Positions 35,614 through 46,213 of a stretch of DNA of 63,634 nt are shown here, piece after piece (positions within the stretch are counted from its first letter, which is position 1; the number at the start of each line of letters is the position of its first letter). The stretch lies in the IMG/VR virus record IMGVR_UViG_3300030109_005543, positions 1-63,634 of that record; one strand, 5' to 3'. Position numbers and translations under genes: made by a program. Below the pieces are notes generated by a model. The model worked only from the letters and a program-made list of their open reading frames with translations, was not told the DNA's origin and made no database searches. Source of the stretch: a virus. Taxonomy: Duplodnaviria; Caudoviricetes.

Positions 35614-38600
35614 ATGACTTCCATCATAACAAAAAAATATCTAAGTAAAACTTTTAATGTGCCGTTTTATGAGCGGTCAAGTGAATCTAGCAAAGTCCGA
35701 ATGAAGGTTGGCCGCGCCAATAGTGCTGACGAGATTGTTGGCAACAGCGCCAATATCCGTGATGCAGCACGCGAGTTCATTACATCATACCTCCCTGAGT
35801 TTTACTCTGCCCTATATGATGAGGAATATTTTGCAACAGAGGCCAATGGTGATCTTGATTTAGCAAATCAACTAGTGCTCGATATCCAAGATTCTATCAC
35901 TGTTGAATCATTCTACCAGACATTCCCTCCATCGAACAAAACAGTCGTTATTTTTAGATCTGTTTATAACTTCGACAAAAAGAGGGAGGAACTGCTTTCG
36001 AATGATACGATGCCTGACTTCGATGCAAACCTGGCGTTCTTCAATGAACAACAGAGCATCGTAGGAGAGATTTCAGAGACCACACTTACGGTTGGGACAC
36101 TCGGTAGCCAAAATAATCTTCTGAACAATGGTCTTAAGTCCTTTGATACACAGTATGGTGGCTTTGAGGGACAGATAGACATCAACGTTGCATTTGGTCC
36201 CCTGCAATTGCAGGCAACGGGTATTCTGAATGTACTTGTGGCCATCCTGTCTGAGCAGACAAAGATCCAGAGCCCCAGCTATGATTTCTCCGAAGCTGAT
36301 ACAATCACCATAATTTTTGGCAAGAAGCGCGGGAAGCTTGCTGTGTCTAGAATAGATTATCTCCTCGTCGAGGATTCGATTGAAAGTCAGCCTCTGCGCG
36401 TGGGTTACTTCTCGATCATCAAGAATAACAAACTACTAAAAGACCCGCTGACTCTGGCGATCCTAAGAAACTATCAGAACCTGCTCACAGCATTCCAGGG
36501 TAACATCGACACACAAAACCCGTATTCTTTCTTTGACTTTCTGAACGATGACTCGGTTAGAGACTCGCTAGGACTCACAGGAGACCTGATAGAGAACTTC
36601 CAACTCCAACCCAAGAAGGATATGACCAATGAACTCCTCCGGGTGGCATCAGATCAGGGCCTTATAGATATCAATAACGTTGATCAGTTGGAAAAAGGAT
36701 TCAAGGATTACTTCACATCGGAGGAATACAGAAAGCTCAAGCAGGAAGTCGCTGACAATCCAGAGGTGTTTAAGAGAGTTGCTGCAGCCCAGTCTGTCAA
36801 AGCTCTTACAACTGCAGCAGATGTTTCAAATACCATCGCTAATGTTATTGAACAGGGCCCATTGGGTCTAATTCAGAAGAAGAACCCAAAAGTTGCATAC
36901 ATCATGCGACAGTTTGGAATTGATGAGATTGCAAAAGAAGCGTTCTTGTGCTTAACTTTCGGCGCCTCTGCAGCCGCTGCAAGAGTCGGCCGTGCTACAG
37001 CTAATGCTCTGACAAGTGCTGCAGCCTCAGTTTACATACCTCCTGACTTGCCAAAGCGCGCTCCAATTAGCTTGCCGGAAATTGATTTTGAGAAGTTCAA
37101 GCCATTTACGATCTCTGGGGACTTGTGGAAACAAATCGAGAAAGTTCTGATCGATACAGTTCAGCAGATTGTCTTGGAGATCATCAAGCAGCTTGCCGAC
37201 TTGCTGAGGGAAAATTGCCCAACTACATCACCACGATCTACCGATTATGGTCAGAACGACATCACAAGCTTTATTAACGATAACTCCAATCCGCAATTGG
37301 ATGGTCTACCACAGGTAGGTGCCACATCACAGCTCGACCAACTGTCAGCGAAGAATGGCCTCTCGGTCCAACAGACACTGGACTATCTGAGCGCCCTTTC
37401 ATCTATACTAAGCTCGATTGATATTTGCACACTGATGTTGAATAGAAACGATGCACCACCCGATCTACTCGATAAGATATTGGACTTCAATGCAGAGTAT
37501 TCAGATACCGTAGTTGGCGAGAGGCTGGACTCAATAACCCAAATTCTAGGGTTCTTTGAAGACTTGTCTGCAAGCGTTGACGTAACCGACCTCTGTAATC
37601 AAATTGCCAACGACCTTTATGCCCTTAATCAAGACAACGTATGTCTAGATGCAGGGATCTTTGATGACGAAAATATCAACGATCTGTTAAGACTTATAGA
37701 AGACGGGCTGGTGATTGATCTTCCAGACCTTGATCTCGATTGCCCAGATTCAGAGTTCCTAGATCCAACAATCGGTAAGTCAGTACCAGAGACATTCAAT
37801 GTATTGGCAGAAACAGTGCAGCTCCAGTTTATTGCCTCTGGTGATTCAGTGAAGGAGATTATGCTGCAGCCAGTTCAGGCAAATGAATCCCCAGTGCTTA
37901 GCGGTATTCAGTATGCTGATGAGCTTCGAGGTATAGAAAGAGACCTGGGTCCAGGCATCTCTCCGGAGTTCTTGCAAAAAATTGTGAGTGTCCTACAGGA
38001 TGTGAAGGATGGCTTCGACGATCTTGAGACTAGACTACAAGAATGCGATGTCGATATCGCTCGTATTCTGGGCACAGACCAGGCCGCTGCAATTGGAACC
38101 GTCAGCACAATGGCCGGCGCCCTAACGGATGCTTCCAATGACCCTAACTTCAGAGACGCGATACAAAACGTCATTGATAACATTCAGGGACTGGACAACC
38201 CAGCAAACATAGAAAACCCGGTTTTCACAACGTATAAATTTAATCAAAACTTTATCGATGCTCTTAGGGATTACATAATCCCCGAGACGTTTGAGTATGA
38301 TTCTCAAACACTTCAAACACTGACGCAGAGGTTTTACAGTTCGTATATTGTTGCAGCCGGCGAACCCGACGCGTACAAAGATCTACAGCTCCTGTTTAGG
38401 TTTGCGGAGGAGAATGACATCTCCCTTCTGCCATCCCTTAACGAAAGTGGGCAGCACTTCCACTACTACGTCAACGCTGCCAACGATCCAAGCGGATTGG
38501 GCTACGTTATACATCAAGATGATGAGCCAATCTTTTCCCCGAACTCGACGCTTGTGAGGCAAGAAGCCGGCCTTCCGGCCAATGAATATGACATAAACGA

Positions 38601-40953
38601 CTTTACGCGAATTGACCCACCATACACTAGCAATCAATTAAGATACGTCAACACTCATGTGTCCACCAATACTACAACAAATGCCATTTCGGTCTACCTA
38701 TCGTTTAATGATCTAGATGATAAAGATGAATACTATGTTTTGGAAGAAGCGCAACTCTTCATTATGAACCAGTATCCTAACGCTGAGATGAGAAACGTTG
38801 TGCCACAAGTTAGGTATCAAAATTACGATGTGCAATATAACGTTCCTACAGGTCCTGAGTTTTATGGATATCAAATTAATGGGCGCCTCGATGTAACAAT
38901 AGAGGATCCACAGGTTGGCGATGGTGTTCACGATACAGAAAATGGTATATACATTCCATCCCATAATCACCCTGGTTACCCTGAATGGGGCCCTTCAACT
39001 CTGCAGGCACCATTCGCCATCGACCAGCAGGCAACCTCCACCACAACAGCGTTTCAGCCCCTTGCGGAGAACCTTCAGAATTCATTCCTTGAGTCGTATG
39101 CGAATACAGGTCTTGGAGAACAGGTTGGTACGCCTCCTTCAGGCTTCCCGAACTCTCTTGCTATAACGTATCCTGCAAAGCCCGAAGACTATGAAGAGCC
39201 TCAGCTGATCGCTGATTTTAATCTGCGCAGATTTTTCCTTAACAACGCAGAAGACGAAATCATCGGTGGCTCAAAGACGGCAACAGTTTCAGAGATTGAA
39301 TATAATGACTCTTCGGTTAACAGTCTGGGTGACACCGCAAATGCCTTTGTGTATAAGTTTGCAGAGGCAATCATTAGCGAAATGGATTCCCCTGATACTG
39401 AGAATGGGCTGGAGGTATACTACAGTGACTTCCCGCAAGCATATGGTCAGCTTGTTGATAATGCATTTGATTATGTTTTAAACAATGGTATTTTTGACGC
39501 TGCGACACTTCAGTCGCTAAACTTCTTCACTCAGACAGAAAACTGCCCGCCATCTGAGCTAGGTGATCTCCTCGATATAGACGGAATTATTCAGCAGATG
39601 ATGGATGAGTATAAGGAGGGTTGTGCAGATGACATCCCTCTAAGCTCTAAGATTAGAAACGTGATCAAATACGGCATGTATCAGCTCCTGGTTCAGGTCC
39701 ACATCGCTGAGGTTATTATTAAGAACATTTTTGTTCTGTCGGCCTATAACATCGACGGTCTCCTCGATCGCGATAACTTTGTGTTTGCCTTCATTAGAGG
39801 TCAGATATTGCAGTCACTGCTAGTTTACTTTGACCAGAACGGCCCACAATTGGGCAATGTGGTGCGCTTGGATCTGGTCTCGTATTTCAATACGAAGACT
39901 AAGAGAATACCTGTAGTTAACCAAGGTGGTATTCTCTATCAGGATGGTACCGTTGCAATCCCTGACGGCACTGAGTTCTCGGTCACTACTGAACCCACCT
40001 TTTTTGGTTTCGATGAGATCTTAGACTTTATTATCACAGATCGAATAGATCGCAGCAGGCTGGCAATCAACAACGCTCTCCGGAAGGCGCTCCCAAACAC
40101 TAACCAATTATCTTTTGATGAGTCTGTGTTGCGGACACTTCCTGGCCTGACAGTCGAGACCGATACACCTGAAGCGATCAGTCAGATACTATCAAGCATC
40201 GAGGAATCTTCATTGACAGCTGAGGTTCTGAACATTCCTGAAGTTGGATTGATAATGACATTGAGAGTTGAGAACATTTATGCAGACAGTTCAACAGCAT
40301 CTGAGGAGGCAGCTCAAACGTACGAAAACTTAACCACTCTGCAAAGACAAGAAAATAACCTTGCCCCAATTGAATATGACCCCGGTGATTTTACTCTAAT
40401 CAATCCGCCATATACCAGCAGTCAACTAAGATATGTTAACGGCCATGTATCTATTAATACCTCAAATAATGCGGTATCGGTATACACCGCACGCAATGAT
40501 ATCGACGACGATGAGTTTACAGTGCTCAGTGTAGCTCAAGCGGAGGTGGCCGCCCTGTATCCTCAGTATGCAAACGTTGAAATGAGGAACGTGGTCGCGC
40601 AGGTTAGGTTTCAGTATGTGGATTTCAGTTTCAACCCGCCTATTCCTTCGGGCCCTGAGTTTTATGGATATCAGGTCAACGGCCGCCTGGATACAACGCT
40701 GGAGCAGCCAACCGCCGCTGAAGCTATAGAGGAGATTCTTGGTGACCCAATCGACTCTAACAGACACTTCAAGCTCTGGTTCAAAAAAGGAAACGATGTT
40801 TATTTGCTAATTGATCTGGGTTATACACCAGCTGGCGGCCCACCTGAACCGCCACCATCACTTATCCCGCCTGTTGCAGAATCAGAAGGACTTCTGCAGT
40901 ACTCACAGGACAATTTTTCAACTCCTTCTATTCCGCCTATGGTTGGGCCATAA
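35614..40953 (+). CDS. Large virion structural protein (1779 aa) with an internal domain duplication
   Basis: Long acidic ORF in the baseplate module containing two ~110-aa paralogous segments. Confidence 0.7.
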   Translation: MTSIITKKYLSKTFNVPFYERSSESSKVRMKVGRANSADEIVGNSANIRDAAREFITSYLPEFYSALYDEEYFATEANGDLDLANQLVLDIQDSITVESFYQTFPPSNKTVVIFRSVYNFDKKREELLSNDTMPDFDANLAFFNEQQSIVGEISETTLTVGTLGSQNNLLNNGLKSFDTQYGGFEGQIDINVAFGPLQLQATGILNVLVAILSEQTKIQSPSYDFSEADTITIIFGKKRGKLAVSRIDYLLVEDSIESQPLRVGYFSIIKNNKLLKDPLTLAILRNYQNLLTAFQGNIDTQNPYSFFDFLNDDSVRDSLGLTGDLIENFQLQPKKDMTNELLRVASDQGLIDINNVDQLEKGFKDYFTSEEYRKLKQEVADNPEVFKRVAAAQSVKALTTAADVSNTIANVIEQGPLGLIQKKNPKVAYIMRQFGIDEIAKEAFLCLTFGASAAAARVGRATANALTSAAASVYIPPDLPKRAPISLPEIDFEKFKPFTISGDLWKQIEKVLIDTVQQIVLEIIKQLADLLRENCPTTSPRSTDYGQNDITSFINDNSNPQLDGLPQVGATSQLDQLSAKNGLSVQQTLDYLSALSSILSSIDICTLMLNRNDAPPDLLDKILDFNAEYSDTVVGERLDSITQILGFFEDLSASVDVTDLCNQIANDLYALNQDNVCLDAGIFDDENINDLLRLIEDGLVIDLPDLDLDCPDSEFLDPTIGKSVPETFNVLAETVQLQFIASGDSVKEIMLQPVQANESPVLSGIQYADELRGIERDLGPGISPEFLQKIVSVLQDVKDGFDDLETRLQECDVDIARILGTDQAAAIGTVSTMAGALTDASNDPNFRDAIQNVIDNIQGLDNPANIENPVFTTYKFNQNFIDALRDYIIPETFEYDSQTLQTLTQRFYSSYIVAAGEPDAYKDLQLLFRFAEENDISLLPSLNESGQHFHYYVNAANDPSGLGYVIHQDDEPIFSPNSTLVRQEAGLPANEYDINDFTRIDPPYTSNQLRYVNTHVSTNTTTNAISVYLSFNDLDDKDEYYVLEEAQLFIMNQYPNAEMRNVVPQVRYQNYDVQYNVPTGPEFYGYQINGRLDVTIEDPQVGDGVHDTENGIYIPSHNHPGYPEWGPSTLQAPFAIDQQATSTTTAFQPLAENLQNSFLESYANTGLGEQVGTPPSGFPNSLAITYPAKPEDYEEPQLIADFNLRRFFLNNAEDEIIGGSKTATVSEIEYNDSSVNSLGDTANAFVYKFAEAIISEMDSPDTENGLEVYYSDFPQAYGQLVDNAFDYVLNNGIFDAATLQSLNFFTQTENCPPSELGDLLDIDGIIQQMMDEYKEGCADDIPLSSKIRNVIKYGMYQLLVQVHIAEVIIKNIFVLSAYNIDGLLDRDNFVFAFIRGQILQSLLVYFDQNGPQLGNVVRLDLVSYFNTKTKRIPVVNQGGILYQDGTVAIPDGTEFSVTTEPTFFGFDEILDFIITDRIDRSRLAINNALRKALPNTNQLSFDESVLRTLPGLTVETDTPEAISQILSSIEESSLTAEVLNIPEVGLIMTLRVENIYADSSTASEEAAQTYENLTTLQRQENNLAPIEYDPGDFTLINPPYTSSQLRYVNGHVSINTSNNAVSVYTARNDIDDDEFTVLSVAQAEVAALYPQYANVEMRNVVAQVRFQYVDFSFNPPIPSGPEFYGYQVNGRLDTTLEQPTAAEAIEEILGDPIDSNRHFKLWFKKGNDVYLLIDLGYTPAGGPPEPPPSLIPPVAESEGLLQYSQDNFSTPSIPPMVGP
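38584..40710 (+). repeat. Dispersed intragenic duplication (about 38584-38910 and 40372-40710)
   Basis: EYD..DFT.I.PPYTS.QLRYVN.HVS.NT..NA.SVY...EMRNVV.QVR.Q...GPEFYGYQ.NGRLD occurs in both copies. Confidence 0.9.
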
Positions 40954-40965
40954 AGAGAGAATGAT

Positions 40966-42465
40966 ATGCCGACTTATACACTAGGAACAACTGCTAACCT
41001 TGCCATTGATGATATTCTCACCGACGCCGGCCTGCCGTTGTCTTCAACCAGCAATGGTGGTCCCGGTTGGAGTCCGAAGCCAGATGGCCTTCTGACGAAT
41101 CCTTTAGTTGATGGAAATCTAGGTAATGCCAACAGCACTCGCCGCGGCGAATGGGCAACAGAACTTGCCAACATGAACACTCTTATTCAGAGAGCAGCCG
41201 GCATCTTTGGCAATACCTCAAGCCAACTAAAGGCTGTATATTTTCCAGTCCTATCCTCGCAATGGATTAATCTGAGTGAGATTTTTCTATATAACGATAT
41301 TAGCGCTTTTGAGGGTTATAGCCGCGCCAATGCAGAGCGGTTTTTCTGGAGTGAACTTAATGGCCCCGAAAGTTATACAGTAAAGAACACAATTTTACTG
41401 TATCAAGCCCTCCTTGGCGATGGTGGATATGATCCCCTCCCGGATGCATCAACGGTTGTCACCACAGATGGTACCCTCGGCCGATGGTCCCTGACGCGTG
41501 TCCGGGATCTGATATTCGTTGTGGATCGAGAGTTAACCTTAAGAGAAGATGCGCGAGACGCCGCCATCGAGACCGAAGAGTACATTCTTAACTCGACTGG
41601 GATTGACTATTCTGCAACCGACGTCGATTTCATTCTTAGCAATGACGAGTGGTCAAGGTGGTTCTCAACAACGTTTGATTCAGACTCAATCTCACTGGTG
41701 CCATTGATCTACAACTTCTATCTGACAGGGCAGTATTTCCCAGAGTTACAACGAGCCTTCCGAGCACCTAAAGACAGAGTTATGAGCATTCTGATATCTA
41801 CAATTGCAAATGATAACAACTTTGACGCAAACCCGGATATGTCACGCCCAGCAAGCAACGCAGCACTCGCAAGCTCAACAGGTCAAGACCAGACAGCTGC
41901 ATTCAACTCCGCCGCCCGAGACTTTATCCTCAAGATGTTGATTAAGACACCTATTGATATTCTTAAGGGAGTCGTCGAACTGACAGACCCTCACGTTGCA
42001 ATCACCAAGGTCATCAAGACTGGTACCGGTTTTGCCTTTAATTCGTTGGCAGAGGTGATGGATTCAGCAGGCATCGCAGAGGGAGTGAATGAAGCACTCA
42101 CTCAAATAGGTCTCGACCCAACTCTTAACGGAGAGGACCTGGCCAAGCTCCTGTTATGTCTGATTGATTTTGCTATGCAAGAGGGAATGACAGCGGGCAT
42201 CGATGCATTGCAGCCACCTCCTGATGACGGAAACCCTGGAGTCCCTGAGAACTTCTTCCCGCGTGTATCCCTTGATGGCGTTGACTTTACTGGAACGATT
42301 TCTGGAATGTTAATGATGCCACCAGGCCCACTGGGTATAATTTATCTGCTGTTAGAACTACTTAGAAGTGAAATTGACAACCAAAATGAAAATGTTTCAA
42401 ATGGTGGTGTAGAAAACGCACTAGCAAACGAGTGTAACGACGACGCTGAAACGGAGGAGACCTAA
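40966..42465 (+). CDS. Putative virion structural protein
   Basis: 499-aa ORF immediately before the gp25-like gene. Confidence 0.65.
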   Translation: MPTYTLGTTANLAIDDILTDAGLPLSSTSNGGPGWSPKPDGLLTNPLVDGNLGNANSTRRGEWATELANMNTLIQRAAGIFGNTSSQLKAVYFPVLSSQWINLSEIFLYNDISAFEGYSRANAERFFWSELNGPESYTVKNTILLYQALLGDGGYDPLPDASTVVTTDGTLGRWSLTRVRDLIFVVDRELTLREDARDAAIETEEYILNSTGIDYSATDVDFILSNDEWSRWFSTTFDSDSISLVPLIYNFYLTGQYFPELQRAFRAPKDRVMSILISTIANDNNFDANPDMSRPASNAALASSTGQDQTAAFNSAARDFILKMLIKTPIDILKGVVELTDPHVAITKVIKTGTGFAFNSLAEVMDSAGIAEGVNEALTQIGLDPTLNGEDLAKLLLCLIDFAMQEGMTAGIDALQPPPDDGNPGVPENFFPRVSLDGVDFTGTISGMLMMPPGPLGIIYLLLELLRSEIDNQNENVSNGGVENALANECNDDAETEET

Positions 42466-42467
42466 AC

Positions 42468-42866
42468 ATGGCATCAGGATTATCACCAAAGCTACCGCTT
42501 GTGGTGAGCGAAGTATTTGGTCCCTACGAACTGAACACTAACTTTGAAGATTTAGCCCGGCAAAATCTAAAAATGCTCATCCTGACAGTCCCTGGCGAGA
42601 GGATAATGGATCCAAGATTCGGAGTTGGGCTTAAAGCGTATTTGTTTGAGCAAAACGACTCAAGCACTTACACCACAATAGAGAACAATATTCGCAAGCA
42701 AACAGCAAAATACCTGAGTTATATTCAGATAGACAAAGTTGAGTTCCAAATTCCCGAACAAAATCCAGACTTGTTCCCCAATAGCTTGTCTGTCTCGATA
42801 TCTTTCACTATATTGCCCCTTCAGCTATCAACATTACTGCAAATTGATGTCGATCAACCTATTTAG
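42468..42866 (+). CDS. Baseplate wedge protein, gp25/GPW-like
   Basis: NLKMLILTVPGERIMDPRFGVGL..YLFE. Confidence 0.9.
   Translation: MASGLSPKLPLVVSEVFGPYELNTNFEDLARQNLKMLILTVPGERIMDPRFGVGLKAYLFEQNDSSTYTTIENNIRKQTAKYLSYIQIDKVEFQIPEQNPDLFPNSLSVSISFTILPLQLSTLLQIDVDQPI
42858..42865 (+). promoter_or_regulatory. Putative phage late promoter motif CCTATTTA
   Basis: Upstream of the gp6-like start 42878. Confidence 0.45.
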
Positions 42867-42877
42867 AGAAATAAACT

Positions 42878-44677
42878 ATGGCCAAAAAACTACAACCAAT
42901 TGATTATACAAGTCGCGACTTTGATTCTATCCGCAGGGATCTGGAAAACTACGCGAAAAGATACTATCCTGATACCTACAAGGACTTTAATCAAGCGTCT
43001 TTCGGTTCTTTGATGCTGGATACGGTGTCCTACATCGGCGATATCCTGTCATTTTACTTAGATTATCAGACAAACGAGTCGTTTTTAGAGACCTCTATAG
43101 AATATAACAACGTTGTCCGACTTGCTCGCCAGATGGGTTTCAAGTTGAATACAAGCCCATCGTCTTTTGGGTTGCTCACATTTTACGTTCAAGTTCCATC
43201 TGACACTTCGACAGTCGGTCCAAACCTGAGCTACGCCCCGGTCCTCCGCGCCGGTTCGATCTTTTCCTCCACCGGAGGTGGCCTATACACACTTATCGAA
43301 GACGTTGATTTCTCTGTTTCCACAAATCAGGTTGTGGTGGGGACAGTGGACTCCTCAACAGGTAATCCTACGAACTTTGTCATTAGAGCCCAGGGCCGTG
43401 CAGTTTCGGGCAGAACACTGTTCAAGGAAGTAGAGGTAGGGAATTTCCAGAGGTTCCTCAGAGTAGAACTCCAGAACAACCGAGTGGCAGAAGTTATCTC
43501 GGTTACAGATTCCGAGGGTCACGAGTATATTGAGGTAGATCATCTATCTCAGAATGTTGTCTACAAGGGTGTGAGAAACACGAACACATCGACTAACTCA
43601 ACGGTTGCGAACATTTTAAAGGCAGTCCCAGTTGCTCGACGCTTTACTGTTGAGCGCGAGGGGGATAGAACATTCCTGCAGTTTGGATATGGTTCGGATA
43701 CTGAACTGTTGTCTAACTCGATCACAGATCCATCTAACCTTGTTTTGGATCTTAATGGTCGAGATTACACCACCGACATTGATTTTGACCCAACTAAGCT
43801 CATTAGCACAGATAAGTTTGGTATCGCCCCATCCAACACAACTCTGAGAATCGGATACAGAGTCAACCTCGCAAACGATGTGAACGCCGCTGTCAATTCG
43901 ATTACAGGAGTGGATCGCCCCTTGGTGCGCTTTACATCCCAAGGATCTCTGTCGCAAACACTCCGTAACGGTGTTCTTACTTCGCTAGAAGTTCTAAACG
44001 AAGAGCCTTTCGTTGGTGATATCTCGCTGCCGTCCTCTGAGGAGATCAAGCAGAGAGTCTTTGGCTTTTATGCAACACAGAACAGAGCAGTGACAATTCA
44101 GGACTACCAGTCGATCTGCTATGGCATGCCGGCCAAGTTTGGATCAATCAAAAGAGCAGCAGTGGTTAGAGACTTTGACGAGTTCAAGAGAAACCTGAAT
44201 ATCTTTGTTATTTCGCAGGATACAAGCGGAAAGCTCCTGGCCGCGAACACAACTCTTAAAAATAACTTAAGAAATTGGCTTTTACAGTATAAAGTTGTAA
44301 ACGACACAATCGATATTTTGGACGCTGAGATCGTCAACTTTGGTATCAACTATGTTGCGGCCGTTGATTTGTCCGCAAACCGATTCACAGTCATTAATCG
44401 CGCAAACGCAGCATTGAGAGAATTTTTGTTCAAGAATCAGTATGAAATTGGCGAGTCGATCCTCATAACTGACTTCTACAAGGTCCTTCAAAAGGTCGAC
44501 GGCATCATCGACGTTGTAGATCTAGAAATCGTTGAAAGAACCGGCACATCGTATAGTCAGTCATCCTTTGATTTTGAAGGAGCACTATCAGCAGATGGTC
44601 GAAGAATCGAGGCCCAGAATAACGCTATCTTTGAACTTAAGTTCCCCAATGTGGACATTAAGGGAGCTATTCAGTAA
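42878..44677 (+). CDS. Baseplate wedge subunit, T4 gp6/baseplate J-like
   Basis: YTSRDFDSI, DFNQASFG.L.LD, ESFLET and QNRAVTIQDY. Confidence 0.88.
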   Translation: MAKKLQPIDYTSRDFDSIRRDLENYAKRYYPDTYKDFNQASFGSLMLDTVSYIGDILSFYLDYQTNESFLETSIEYNNVVRLARQMGFKLNTSPSSFGLLTFYVQVPSDTSTVGPNLSYAPVLRAGSIFSSTGGGLYTLIEDVDFSVSTNQVVVGTVDSSTGNPTNFVIRAQGRAVSGRTLFKEVEVGNFQRFLRVELQNNRVAEVISVTDSEGHEYIEVDHLSQNVVYKGVRNTNTSTNSTVANILKAVPVARRFTVEREGDRTFLQFGYGSDTELLSNSITDPSNLVLDLNGRDYTTDIDFDPTKLISTDKFGIAPSNTTLRIGYRVNLANDVNAAVNSITGVDRPLVRFTSQGSLSQTLRNGVLTSLEVLNEEPFVGDISLPSSEEIKQRVFGFYATQNRAVTIQDYQSICYGMPAKFGSIKRAAVVRDFDEFKRNLNIFVISQDTSGKLLAANTTLKNNLRNWLLQYKVVNDTIDILDAEIVNFGINYVAAVDLSANRFTVINRANAALREFLFKNQYEIGESILITDFYKVLQKVDGIIDVVDLEIVERTGTSYSQSSFDFEGALSADGRRIEAQNNAIFELKFPNVDIKGAIQ

Positions 44678-46206
44678 TGGCTATTACAAGGTATACGGCC
44701 AGCGCCGATAACACTATTACAAATGCATTTGAAGCAAACCTGCTAACCAGAGGCTCAGGTTCAAACATGGGCTTCGCCGACTCTCTAGAAGTCTTTTCAA
44801 TTTACGGTCAGGACTCTGGTTCCAATGGTCAGTCGTCAGAGCTGTCCAGGATACTTATCCAGTTTCCTGTCGCATCAATTAGTGCGGACAGAACTGCGGG
44901 GATTATCCCAGCGTCCGGCTCGGTTTCTTTTTATCTTAAGATGTTTAATGCAGAGCATCCATTCACGTTGCCACAAGACTTCAACTTGGTTGTCGCTCCT
45001 ATTTCACAGTCCTGGAATGAGGGCACTGGCCTTGACATGGACAATTACCAGGACCTTGGGTTTTCAAACTGGGGTTCTGCTAGCTCGACTGCCGGCTGGA
45101 CCAATATAGGTGGTGACTATCTGTCATCCGATAACTATAACATCAGGTTTCAGCAAGGCTATGAGGACATGGAGGTTGATGTTACCACAGTGGTGGAAAA
45201 CTGGATTATCGGTGAAGAAGGTGGTAAATATAACAACTATGGTTTCGGTATTCGTCTAACTGCTTCGCAGGAAGCATACTTCTCTTCCTCGTTGGGTACA
45301 ACATCAGGGTCTGTGTTGCAGAACATCAATGGCGCAACAGAGTCTTATTATACCAAAAAGTTCTTCGCTCGGTCTACAGAGTTCTTCTTCAAGAGACCAG
45401 TTCTCGAAGCACGATATGATTCCCGTGTCACAGATGATAGAGAGAACTTCTACTACTCATCGTCCCGCGCAGAGGCTCCATTTAACTTAAATAACCTCTA
45501 TGTATATAACTACGTTCGAGGCCGTTTGCGAAACCTTCCAAATGTTGGAACAAACGATCTGTTGGTTTCTTTCTATTCAAGTTCTTTTGGAACCCCAACC
45601 GGCTCAAAGTTGGCGATCTCACTTGGTGGTACAACGGCCGCAGACGGCGATCTGAACACTACAGCGAGTTTTGTGAGCACTGGTATCTATTCGTGCTCCG
45701 TGGCCCTCACAGCGGCTTCTACGCCGCTCCAAGAGATTCATGATGTCTGGCACTCCGGAGGAGTTGAGTATTTCACTGGATCGTTCTTCCCTGAGACTCT
45801 CCGAGAGTATGACAGTGCCCCAACGTTTAACAGGATTACGTCGTGCAAGAACCTCAAGAAAGTTTACTCTAAGCAGGATAAGGCAAGATTCAGATTCTTT
45901 GTCCGAGATAGGGACTGGTCCCCAACCCTCTACACAGTTGCAACGGCCAATAATCCAACTGAGATTATTGAAAGTGCATCCTTCAGTATTCACAGGGTTA
46001 TTGATAACACACCAGCTGTGTCATATGGAACAGGGTCTGATTTCAGCACCTATCTGTCGTACGATAAGGAAGGAAGTTATTTCGATTTGGATATGTCCCT
46101 TTTGGAAACTGATTACATGTATGAAATCAGACTTGCTTACTACAATGACAGCATAGGAGACTGGCAAGAACAACCACAAACGTTCAAATTTAGAGTTGAA
46201 GAATAA
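44677..46206 (+). CDS. Virion structural protein (DNRLRE/CBM-like N-terminal domain possible)
   Basis: ADNTI...SRILIQF...SWNEGTG...W...GGD...DVT..V..W...NYGF pattern. Confidence 0.6.
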   Translation: MAITRYTASADNTITNAFEANLLTRGSGSNMGFADSLEVFSIYGQDSGSNGQSSELSRILIQFPVASISADRTAGIIPASGSVSFYLKMFNAEHPFTLPQDFNLVVAPISQSWNEGTGLDMDNYQDLGFSNWGSASSTAGWTNIGGDYLSSDNYNIRFQQGYEDMEVDVTTVVENWIIGEEGGKYNNYGFGIRLTASQEAYFSSSLGTTSGSVLQNINGATESYYTKKFFARSTEFFFKRPVLEARYDSRVTDDRENFYYSSSRAEAPFNLNNLYVYNYVRGRLRNLPNVGTNDLLVSFYSSSFGTPTGSKLAISLGGTTAADGDLNTTASFVSTGIYSCSVALTAASTPLQEIHDVWHSGGVEYFTGSFFPETLREYDSAPTFNRITSCKNLKKVYSKQDKARFRFFVRDRDWSPTLYTVATANNPTEIIESASFSIHRVIDNTPAVSYGTGSDFSTYLSYDKEGSYFDLDMSLLETDYMYEIRLAYYNDSIGDWQEQPQTFKFRVEE

Positions 46207-46213
46207 TTAAAGT

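Noticed and set aside
38584-40710. Diversity-generating retroelement TR/VR pair
   Set aside because: Differences between the copies are not adenine-specific, both copies are coding within one ORF, and no reverse transcriptase is in the window.
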